Source: Sphagnum compactum (lineage: Eukaryota). Taken from it: a stretch of 64,000 bases of DNA. A model generated the notes under the pieces. That model saw nothing but the letters and a program-made list of their open reading frames with translations. It made no database searches and was not told where the DNA came from. This document shows, piece after piece, positions 49,428 to 60,675 of this stretch. Every line of letters begins with the position of its first letter. Position 1 is the stretch's first letter. Made by a program: the position numbers and the translations under genes. The DNA is taken from the NCBI GenBank assembly GCA_965153455.1, contig OZ234493.1, positions 20,698,213 to 20,762,212 of the forward strand. Reading direction: 5' to 3'.

Positions 49428-52400
49428 ATGTTGGAGCCTACAGAGGATAAAAGTAATGAAGGACCTTCCTCAACTGTGGGAGAGAGGTCTCCTCCTGTCA
49501 ACAAGACAGTGACCACTGATCGGCTGGTTTACAAGTTAGTCAAGGTATGTGTTTCTTTACTCAAAGGACATGTGGTGTGCTTAAAAGGATATTTTCAGGG
49601 TGCAGGAGGTCCCCGATTACTACCCTCTATATTGGCTTCTCTATGCCTTAGGCTTAGATGCTTGCTTGTGCAAGGGTGAGCTAAAATGGAATGAAGCTTA
49701 CTCTCTCACAAGGAGCTTGAATGAGGATAATACTGAGTTATTTTATTAGTTTTTTCTCCTGAGTGCTAGCCAGCAACATGACCAAGTATTTCTATTGCTT
49801 CCAGAAATGTGAGAGAAACTCAGGACACATAATTGTGTGTAATTGTTTGCCTGGGTGTATTATTGTATGTCTACACCAACTTTTAGGAGCAGTGGGGAGT
49901 CATGGCAGCTAGTCACTGCTATTCACAATGATACTTTGTGAGTGACACTCATGAGGTTATTACCAGACTCACTCTTGTTGTGTTAGTTTTGGTTTTGCTG
50001 GAACTGGCACAACGTTTTAACTTCAAGTGTTATTGTGCAGTTTTCTCTACAATCTCATAGATATGTTCATTGCTTGATGCAGTCAGAAAATGATGCTGAG
50101 TAGATTGGCATATAGTCCACACTTGATACCATGACTGAATCAGGTGTCTTAGTTATTCGGTTGTTGCTTGGCATTACATCATAAATTTGACTATGATGAG
50201 GCAGGTTGGAGATGATGGATCAGTTCTTCCAGCCACAGAGGATGAAGTTTTCCAGTCATTGGTAGAGGGAAGCAGTGCTGGACTTCCACCCTCATATGCT
50301 GGAGGGAGTGATGTCAATGAGGATGATGAGGATGAAGAGGGAAGTGATGTATCTCTTGATTCTGACGAGGATGATTCAGATGGAAAGGAGGATCCATCAT
50401 GTCAGTGTATTTTCTGAACTTTCTGCTTTATTTGATCATTGTTGCTTTTTGCACATTGCTCCCATCTCTCCTACCCAGTCTACCAGTGGCAGGACTTCTA
50501 TTTGAGTGTATTCATGAGAGTTCTGTGTACTTGGATTGATGAGCACAACCTAATAGATTCACACCTTGCCAGGAACTTTTAATCTGTTTGCTCACATTTC
50601 TGGTTAATTTGGAAGGCCTCTAGAGGTTGTGGGTAACCTGTCTCAATTTGAATGGTTTGGCAAGCTTTGCATATGTGTGGAGGTCTCAGCAGTGAATGTT
50701 GTGTTCTGGATTGCAGTTCCCTCAGAAATGGATGACCTTGTGGCTGAAAAGAAGAAGCTGCTGTCACGACTTCAGGTACACCAAATACAAATGGCCAGAT
50801 TAATTTACTGTTTAAAGTGGTAGGAACAGCTGCGTAGGGCATGAGGACTCTGGGTGCATTTGCTGTAGTTTGCTAACTTTTTGAGCTTGCTGCACTGCTG
50901 ATGGAATAAATGTTGAAGGTGAAGGGTTCTCGGTTTCAACACCCTTGGATGGTGAAAGCCCGTAGGACAAAGAAACATCAAGATTCAAGAGTATGTACGC
51001 TGCATGTGTTTTCTTGTGAGCCTCAATAGCTTCTGTTTGCCTATTGAGGTCGTTCGGCTTTTGTAATTTGGAGATCTGGTCATGAGATATGATTGCTAGC
51101 AAGGTGCCTTTTGGCTTGCTGGTCCTGTAGTCTGTGGGCTAGAACAATGGTTGGTAGGCATGACTCGAATTTTCACTTGTCACTGACCTTGAGTTGCACA
51201 AAGGATACAGAAAATGGAGGTATGTTTGAAGTTGCTGTGGAAGCATTTGACATCTCCTCTGCATGGTGATACTCAAGCGGCTTCGCCTTCTTCATGAATG
51301 TGAAGCTATGGTGAGAATTTAGAAAACCATGTTGTTTTGCTGCAATTGCTTTGAAACTTTGTGGCATCTGTGTCTGCAGGTTGTGGATACAATGCTGTTG
51401 AGAGTGGATGCAGAAGAGCAGCAGCGACTATCATTTGAAGACCAGGTTGGCAGTGTGCTTGGTCATGAGAGCAATTCATCTGCTTATCTCAATGCAGGTG
51501 ACACAAGTGGAGATTACAAGAGACAACGTCGACCCAATCCAAAATACTTTGATTTCAATGCTGGAAGTGACCCTGTTCCTTCTGCAACAATACTACCAAT
51601 GACATTGAACCCCAGTGTTGGAGAAGCTGCTGTGATAGGGACATCACCTGAAAAGCAGTCATCTGGCTCAGGTGTCATTCCTAGATCAACGTCTGGGTGG
51701 GGCCCTCAACGAAGTTCCATCCGAACTGCTGGTGCACACAGGGCAAGAACTGTAGTGGCTCAGAAACCTTTTACCCGAACACCGTCAAAAGTTCAGGCAC
51801 CAAGATCAGTAGTATTGCCTGCTGTAAACAGTATGCCCGACCCATCTTCATTGGAGAATCTTTCTATACGGGAGCTTCATGAGGCTTTTCGCAGCACCTA
51901 TGGTCGTGACACATCTGTTAAAGATAAGCATTGGCTAAAGCGCCAAATATCTGCTGGGTGGAGCAAACAGCATGATGCTGCCCTGAATGCAGGCTCACGT
52001 GCTTCACAAACTGATCTGAAAGTGAGGCCAGAGCAACAGTTGTCTGCTGAACAATCCCTCCCCTCATCAACTGCAGCTACAATAATGGTGAGTGAGAGGG
52101 ACACAGTCAATGAGGCTCAAGAACCAGGAACAAATGGTGTTGAATCAACTGAAGGGCTACTTACCAATGGTCTAGATGACAAGCAGTCACTGCACAGATC
52201 CGTACCTCTGGCAGTAATCTCTCCAGTTGAGGGGTTTAATGCATCGACTCCCAGCAGTTTGAATGAAGTGGCAGCTGGTGGTGGTCAAATAGCCATATTT
52301 GGTGAGGTGGTCAACACTGGGAAGCAGGTTGGTGTGAAAAGGCAGCGGAAGCCAAATCGTCGCTATGTTGAAGATGAAGGAGAGTCAAGTCCAGGCACAG

Positions 52401-55137
52401 TCCTAGGTAATGGCAGCAGGCCAGGTCCTGTTGGGAGTGATTCTGGTGGACATGGTTTGGGAACACCCTCTAGGCTTTCTTGGAGAACTGTTGTAACAGA
52501 TGGTCCAGCTGACCTTATTGGTCGACCTGGTACCTTGCGGGGTCCAACATTCCACAATGCTCGGGGAAATACTTTTCAAGGTCAACGCACCAAACCTACC
52601 AATGGTACTCTGGTATGTATCTGTTTCTGACACTGTTCATGCAACTATGATTGAGTAATTGCAATATTCCTTTTACTTGAGGATGCATGTGCTGGTCCCT
52701 GGAAGAATGGAGACATTTCACTGGGTTGTAGTGCAAAGTATCTTTTCCCTCTTGTGTTTTTTCACAGGAGTGAGGAATTCCTTTTTCCCCATGCTTGGAG
52801 AAACAGGTGGATCATTTCAGTCTGGGTTGGGTGCATACAGAAGCACAAAGCTGAAGGGAGGGCTGCAAAGCTTGTGAAGATGGCTCATTCTGCAGCACGA
52901 GCTGCACGCCATGACACTGAAGGGTCTGTCCGCAAAGTGAAGTTTCAATTACCTGCTGCACCAGGCAGGGAAAAGGTATTGTCAAGGCTTAGATTTTGCT
53001 TGTGATTCATGGTCAGTAATGTGTTGAAGAACACCACCCCTACCATTTTTTGCAACCTGCAGGTGCTTGATAATTGCATGCCACCCTTTTGAAAGCAAGG
53101 TGTGGATAGGAGCTCCTTAGATGACCAACTTAGAGGGAATTTCTCTGCAGGTGAACAGAAGATAAGTGCAGATTTCCAGTTTATGTGAAGTAACATCTGG
53201 CAAGAAGCAGATGATTTCCATACCCCTTTTACTTCTGGAGGGCATCTTGACTGTTGGTTCTTGAATGTTAATGTACTACTGTTTTGTTTTGTTTGTTTAT
53301 TTTTTTGGGTGCTTTTTTCCCTCACTTGTTTCCTTTCTCTTTTGAAGAATTTCTGGTTATTGGCGGTTATTGGCCAGGATGGATTGTACAAGTTGAATGG
53401 AGAGGCTGGGGATCAAGTATCATGCTTGTTGCCAGTGTCCTCAGGGCATTCTGCAGATCTCCTGCAACCTCTGGCTCCAGACAATGGGGAAGATGCTGCT
53501 GGAGAACAGCTTGTTGCAACAGTTCCAACTGCCAATGGTGGAACCCGTCGGAAACATCACCGTCCATGGACTCTTCGTGAAGTCATGACATTGGTTGAGG
53601 GTGTAGCACGTTGTGGTGGAGGAAAGTGGGCTGATATAAAGAAGCTGGCTTTTTCTTCTGTTGGTTACAGGACAGCTGTTGATTTGAAGGTAGACTTTTC
53701 TCCTAGGAGACTTACTGCTGGGATGTGACTTTTGAGATTGAACATGACCAATTCAATGGTAGACATTTATCTTGCTGATCTGTCTGACTTGGTAGTTTTC
53801 AACATGACATGCAATATGTATCCTGTATACTGGATTTGCTCACCTATTTCATGACTAATATGAGTTTGCTATGGTAGGATTTATTCCTTTGTTGAGCTTG
53901 CAGATTTTCATTCTGCTTGAAGTTGTATCATGTTGCACTGGTATACCTACAAGACTGTCTTTTGCTTACAGGATAAATGGCGAAACTTACTGCGAGCTAG
54001 CAGAGCTCAGCTCTATCCACCCAAGCAGGTATGTTGCTCCCATGAGAACTGATGTTTCTGTTATCTTTCACTGGGTATTCTGAATTTGGAGTTATAAACA
54101 GTCATTTTGCAGCTCTGTGTACCTCTCAAGAGTTCTGTTTAACTCAAATGGTGAGTTCCATCATTCTTTTGAAAGGAAAGAGCTACTCTTTGAAGATGGT
54201 ATTGGAATGAATGAGAGAATCACTTAAACAAAGAAAGATCTGTGTCTAGAGTTTCAGCATTTGAATCTTTAGAAGGATTATTTCAATGGTTGCTTGTTTC
54301 CAAGTGGGGAGCTTTTTGAAGTCTAGTTTGTCCTGAGAGTCTTATCTTCATATATTTTCCAGTGTTAACTCTCTCTTCTCATTCTCTGACCTTCTTTTCT
54401 GACTCTCTTTCCCCATTTCTGGTTTGGATTTCCCTATCTTTTTGCTTCTTCTTGTTTCCATTCTTTATGTTTGTTGAGCTAGATAGCATCATGGAAGTTT
54501 CCTGTTACTTCCAGATTTGTGATAGAGACTTCAGTATGGTATTGATTGTTACAGTGGCCTAATGACTGTCATCAACTGATGACGTCAGTGGGGCTTTTCT
54601 CATAGTCACTGCCTGATACATTGCTGTTGATAGTTGCAGAACATTGCATCACTTTTTATTCTCCACTGTTACGTTTTTTTAGTGTTTTCTCTGCTCTGCT
54701 TTCTCTCTTAAAGTTTGCTGTTATGGTCAGTTGACATGTGGTTTGAAATCTGTCTACCTTGTTATCAGGTCATTTCACAAATGATAATCAGGTTGACTTA
54801 ATCCACAAGGACGGAGAGTTCTCATTTCTGACAGAGATATACACTTTGCTGTCTTTTCATAGTATGTCCTGGCTTTTTTTTTCAGTCTATTAGAATGTCA
54901 GTCTCTGGTAGGACTGACCAGATGATGGCTTTCTTCACCATACTTGGTCTATGTCTTAACACATGGGTTGGGGAATGATCCTAATAGGGAGAAAGGAAGA
55001 AGCAGTTCACTGCAGCTATTCCAGCTACCATCTTAGCCCGAGTTCGTGATTTGGCAGCCCTTCAACACCAAATGCCCACAGGTGCAGGTGCTGCAGGGAG
55101 TACAAGTCGCAGCAGGAGAAGTGTACATAGAAAATAG
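49428..55137 (+). CDS. TRF-like (TRFL) protein with C-terminal telobox Myb domain, ~752 aa; exons 49428-49544, 50205-50400, 50717-50775, 51380-52612, 52841-52975, 53378-53689, 53972-54028, 54988-55137
   Basis: In-frame GT-AG splicing. RRKHHRPWTLREVMTLVEGVARCGGGKWADIKK...RTAVDLKDKWRNLLRAS is the telobox Myb. VYKLVKVGDDG and LSIRELHEAFRSTYGRDTSVKDKHWLKRQI are typical of the TRFL3/6-like subgroup. An in-frame TAG lies upstream of ATG 49428. Confidence 0.9.
49755..50066. repeat. Short interspersed repeat, copy 2 (intron of the TRFL gene)
   Basis: Colinear similarity to 17397-17714. Confidence 0.6.
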
Positions 55138-57593
55138 CTAAATCATCATGTTCTGGTAAATGGATTCCACCATCCAAATTTCATGAAGTTTTATAGTAAT
55201 AATTTCAGCTTACTTGTCATCCGCCTTAGCTTGGTTAGTATCATGATTTGTTGATCTCTTAGCCTGGGGTTGCTTTCACTTCTCTCACTGCAAATTCGCC
55301 TTTGCTCTTCATATTACTGGACCACATGCTATGGTTTCAGAAGCTTGTTGCCTGATGACTTTGCTCTTGCCATTAAACCATGCAAAGGAACTGAGACCCA
55401 GTAAAAGATTGGTACAGCCCTTATTATAGGGGATACTCACTCTAGCTAGTATAGTTTTAGGGGAATATGAAGGCAGAAAGTGTAGATTCATGTCATGAGG
55501 TGGTGAAGAGTTTGTTGTGAACTCTCTTTGCTTTGTGTATTACCCCATTCTGTACATTGATAGGGGTGTCCTTGGCTTTGTATTCTTGAGACTGTAAGTA
55601 TTGAAGCTGAATTTGACCCACATGAACTTGACAAAGTTGTTGAGGCTCAGAGAGGGTTTGCCAAGCTCTCCAACTAAATTGTACTTTCCAGCTATGACCT
55701 GAGTCAATAAGTTCTTGCAGATGTGATAGGGTATACTGTTTCCAAACATCTTTGTTCCTTCTTTTAGTAATCTCTTGTCACTGATTGAATCTTCCCTACC
55801 CATTTCCTCCATGTTTGACAACCATATCATCCCTGAAACTCTTGGCAAAGACCTTTATCCCTCAGCAAAAGCTGTTCTTAATGACATCCTCACTTAGCTT
55901 TCCCAAGCTACTTGTGTTTTGCATTGCACATTTTTGGGCTCATGCAGTTTCTGCAAACTTTTTGAACCTTTCTTGGCCCTCTGCTTGTAAGGGAGAGACT
56001 TTGGAGTGTGGTGGTTTACATTTGGTCTGATGCTGTGTGGAATGTTCACCCATGTAATTGGGAACTTTCTGGAACGTTTCCTATATTAATTGCTGGTTTG
56101 AACTTGCCATAAGGAGCAGACTCCAGAGTTACTAGGGGATAAGAAGCTTGTATGCAAATTGTTAAAGCTTGGGATATTCCAATTGAGGCTGCCAGACCCC
56201 CTATTTCATTCAATATTAAACTATGTCGGTGCAAAGTGCAAGTCCAATGGATTTTTTTTACCCTTGAAAACTGTTTAAACTTGAGGGTTGGTGTGTTTCT
56301 TTCAATATTAAAGTAATTCCAGCAAAATGTGCAGAGTTTGGTAAACTCTTTGCCTTCAATTTCCAAACCGTTGAAACTTGAAATATTGAAATTGAGGTTG
56401 CCAGATAACACTCATTTCTTTCAATATTAAAACTATTTCAGCAAAAAGTGCCAATTATCAGTAACAGGCACCTGAGCACCATTTTGGAAGATTCCAAATC
56501 TGTGCTGTCTTTGAAGAGTTCAGTCTCTGAGTCTTTCTCCATATGAGCACTCTGAATCTCATCTTTGCTGAGTCCTTCACCAAAGGTTGAATTGGGCTGT
56601 GCCCAGTGAAGCACAGGTTGTGCCACCTTCCAAAACAACTCAGTATCTTAAGCTTCAGTCTAATCCTTGTAGCTTTAAGCTTCAGTCTGGTTCAGTGTAG
56701 AATTCTACATCCCTTTAAAAAGAGGGCCAGCTGCAAAAGAACATTTTGAAACAGTGCATCATCATTGCTCACAATCTTTGACTCACATTCAGCATCAACC
56801 ATGATGTTGACTTGAACTACCATCTACTGTTCTCATGCAAGCTATAAGCTGTTATGGAAGATGAAATGCTGAGTGAGTGAGTTTCAGCATTCATATTTGC
56901 TGGGATTGCCAAATGGGTGCCCTGTACATCTTCCTTTGTAATGGTAAGAAGCATTTAGACTAAAATGCTCCAGCATAGCCATATGGTAAGAAATTCTCTT
57001 CTTGCATTTCTGAACAAGTCCCATTCTAGGCCAAGTAAGCAAAGCTTGTGCAAACACCACTGTTGGGAGAATTTGTGTGCTCAATAGAATGCACATGTGG
57101 AGATAGTCTCCCTCCAATCTGGGTCTTGTTATCAGCAAGAAAGAGGGAAACAACCCTCAGAAAGTACACCACTTGCTAATAACCCCAAACCAGTGGAAGA
57201 TGGCCCGAGAATGTTGCCATGCAACCCCATCCACTATTCACACCATATAAACAAGCATTCCTGCATCAATGCCCAAAGAGTAAGAATGAGCCTTTCATTT
57301 TGACATTGGTGGAGGTAACTATGCCAGCTGAGAGACAGGACAGAAACACCAATTTGCAGCTTAAAGATCAAAAAACCAAGGCTGTGTTGCAGGATGGAAA
57401 AAAGTAAGCAATATGCTGCACTACTCCTGAGAACATACTGTGCTTTGTCACTTACATAGTAAAGACAGCACCAGATTTCACAACACAACCCCTCCTGAGT
57501 TAACTCAAGAACACTGTAGCCTTAGCCCAGGAAGAACATTTGGTCTGGAGCAGGCAAAACTCACCTTAAAATTCTTCACTACAACAAATCTAT

Positions 57594-59978
57594 TCACATG
57601 TTCATATCTGAAAGCTGGATTTCTGCATGCTCCTCATGGTCAACAGTAGCAGATTCCCGACTGTCCATTTCTTGAGGCTCAGGGGGATTGATGACAGTCA
57701 TTGGTGTGACCAAGTCATCAGAGAGGCGGCCTTGCATTTCACGGTGCTCTTGACAGAGTGCACACCAGTGCAAACAACAATGTACCATGCACGGGTCACA
57801 AGGTGAGTTCTGCAGTCCCCACACATACATTTCAGTCATCTTCTAGGTCACCTTCAGACTGTTCAATACCTTTCTCACACAAACAGGACATTTGCAGGAA
57901 AAATGAGGAGATGGAAAACCTTTAGGTGGTATTTTCTCTGGAGCTCCTGCCTAAAGAGGCCAGTATAGATACCACACATCCACCATGCAAAAATCAGGCC
58001 CTCTCCTATAAGAAACACTGCTTTTGGATTCAGTCCATGAAGAGCCAAGGTGACACATCCTAGTGCAATGCCTCCCTCCACAAAGATAGCATGGCACAAA
58101 CATGGTGTAGTCCACTGCACATCATCCTTCATCCTCTCCACATTATGCCCAAACAAAACACACGGGCAAAAGAATCCTCTCCAGCCTGCACACAAAGCCC
58201 CTTCCACATCCGGTCATTCTCCTGCCCATGTTTGTAGATCTACTACTAGAGGCAATGGATATCGCTGCACAAATTGGTGGAATCCCATCCCCAAGGAATC
58301 ATGCCATCTTGACTACTAAAATATTGTTGAAGCATCCTTCAGCATATAAGGCAGCATTTTTTCTCAAGAGCTCTTTTCTAAGAGAGAGGGCTGGGAATAG
58401 CAAGCAAAGGTGAACAGCCAGAGCCAGCCAGAAAGCTTCAAGTTCCAGAGAGCGATGCAAGAGAAGAGTATGGAAGAAGAAACTGATTTACTATGATATA
58501 AAAACAGACAATCACATTGACAGCAATTTGGAAGTGTGTATTTATCTACTTGGTTTTCTTGGGTTCCTCGATCAAGACAATGATTCATTGGGTTTAACTT
58601 TGTCTTTTGAAAGATTGTTACGGCTGAGATGTTTGCTCATGATGAGGGTGCCAAATCAAATGTTTGGACATTGCAACCTCCAACAATCATGAATTTTTAA
58701 GAGGCAGTATGATACCCGTATATCTGTGAGCGCGAGGAGAAAGCACAAAGTAAAATATCAGATATGTGAAAGAGATATAAGCTAGGGTCAAGGTTTATGA
58801 AGGAGTAAAAGGAAAGCTCACAGGAATCCATGTCTTCACCACATCCAAAGATCCCTGTTGTCCAAGGTTCATTGCTAGGTGGTTTGTAGCTGTCAGGTAG
58901 AGGCTGTCCACATTCCCCACACTTGTGCACTACCAGCTGTCCAACAACAACCCACACCAAAACACTGTAAGTTTGGTGATCAACGGACCATCATCACAGC
59001 AAGATAGATATCGTAATGATATCTTCAACCTGTTTTCTTGCCTGTCTCTCTCAGGTCTCTCTCTCTGCCCAATTCCAAAAAGAAGCAACACAACAATATT
59101 CTCATAAACTACAACAAATCTGCGTGCAACAAAGAATGCACTGAGAGAGAGAAACAAACTATGCGATCAACTTTCAAGCCCTAACATCATCCTGCAAACT
59201 AGAGCTCAAAGACATGAATTTGTGTAGCTTGAAAACGGACAGCCAGCATTTGTGTAAACAATTGCACCTCATGGAATGTGTGATTGTTTACTTAAAAGAC
59301 CGATTTTGCTCTAAAACATTGCCTTCTAATCTCTATCTGCTGAACAATTGAGTGCCAATTCTTCCAAGAATGTCTTCCATTGACAGCTACTCTAATCTTT
59401 ATCTGCTGAACAAATGAGTACTGATTCTTCCAAGAACGTCTTCAGTACCAATTCTTCCAAGAATGTCTTTCATCAACTGCTACCAAGTCTTTCCTTCTTC
59501 CCCACTGTCATGTCTGTGTCTGTAATCATGTTTTGAATTCCATCCTCATCAAAATCAGAATCAGACATGGATTTGACAAATCTAATTGGGAGAAAAAGAA
59601 AAGAGATCCGGATCAAGAGGAGTAGGACCCATAGACGTCGTCATCATCATCAGAAGAAACAGAATGAGACTTACAGACGAGGGTGCACATGCTTTTGGAA
59701 AGAGAAAAACAAAACAGAAAAGAAGAAGAAGAAGAAGTATTACAAGCAGCACACATCAGAGAGATCAAAAGAAAAGAGAGAAGCAGATGATCCCCAAAAC
59801 AAAAACATGATCCAGAGATCCAGAAGCAGACACCAACAGCTCATCGACAACAACAACCAACCTGAGGTACATGAACTGGTTGATTGAGTTCTCCCGGACG
59901 AATTTCCTCCGCAGGCACGTCTTGCTCCTTCCCCAGCTTGACATACCGAGAAGCAGATGTTTCCTCCGACGTAGCCAT
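57594..59978 (-). CDS. PLAC8 / cell number regulator (CNR6-like) protein, 237 aa; exons 59978-59862, 58936-58822, 58185-57920, 57809-57594
   Basis: In-frame splicing. RYVKL...[53 protein letters not shown] and [20 protein letters not shown] are PLAC8 motifs. Confidence 0.93.
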
Positions 59979-60675
59979 CTTCCAATCTCCTCTCTCTCTC
60001 TCTCTCTCCCGGTATCCACCACACGGACTCCCGTTTCTACTCAACTTCAGCAGAATTGCGACAATTGGGTTGTACCATCTCCCATCCACGAACACTTCAG
60101 ATCAAATCTAAAACAGGGAAGAAGAAGGTTGAGAAAGCGATCGAGAGAGTCCAACGGCATAAATGAGCAGACGACGAAGACGAAGAAAGAAGAAGACTTT
60201 AAGCTTCAAACCCTAATCAGTTTGTGTGGCTGGTTGTTGGGCGTTTGAGAGAACTCGATGTCTGTCTGAGAGAAGAACAAGAAAAAACAAACTCGATGAG
60301 GTCTGTCTGTCTGTCTCTGAGAGAGCGAGAGAGAGAGAGAGCTCGTGGGGTATTTCGTCTTTTTCTGGAGCTCGTCTTTTTCCGTGAGCTCAGATGTTGC
60401 GTCACTTCGCGGAAAACGAGACAGGATTTGAACGAAAAGTTTATGTGTGTTGCGCGCGAAATGCGACACCCATCTGGAGATTGCGCCCTGTGCCGAACGA
60501 ACATCGAGGATGCGCAACTACCGATCCTCCTCGAATGCCGAGATCTCTGCGTTGAAGAAGGGGTATGAGGGATTAGGGTTAGGGTTAGGGTTTGGGGTTC
60601 TGGGTTTTGTATACGAGGGTTGCTGTCTGCAGCAGAGTTTCCAGGAGCAGCGCGGAAGGGAAGGCGAGAGCCATC
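59979..60675. promoter_or_regulatory. Bidirectional promoter/5' UTRs shared by the CNR6-like gene and PUR3
   Basis: Only 697 bp between divergent ATGs. Telo-box AAACCCTAA at 60208; (TTAGGG)3 at 60573-60590; E2F-consensus sites GCGCGAAA (60454-60461) and CGCGGAAA (60408-60415); GA repeat at ~60318-60341. Confidence 0.7.

Noticed and set aside
55540-56030. ~100-aa ORFs between the convergent TRFL and PLAC8 genes
   Set aside because: No recognisable homology or supported splice structure; possibly UTR or a relic.
59325-59480. Short tandem duplications in PLAC8 intron 1, plus the CATCTCAAACG x3 repeat at ~14752 and GA microsatellites
   Set aside because: Ordinary local slippage repeats with no further structure.
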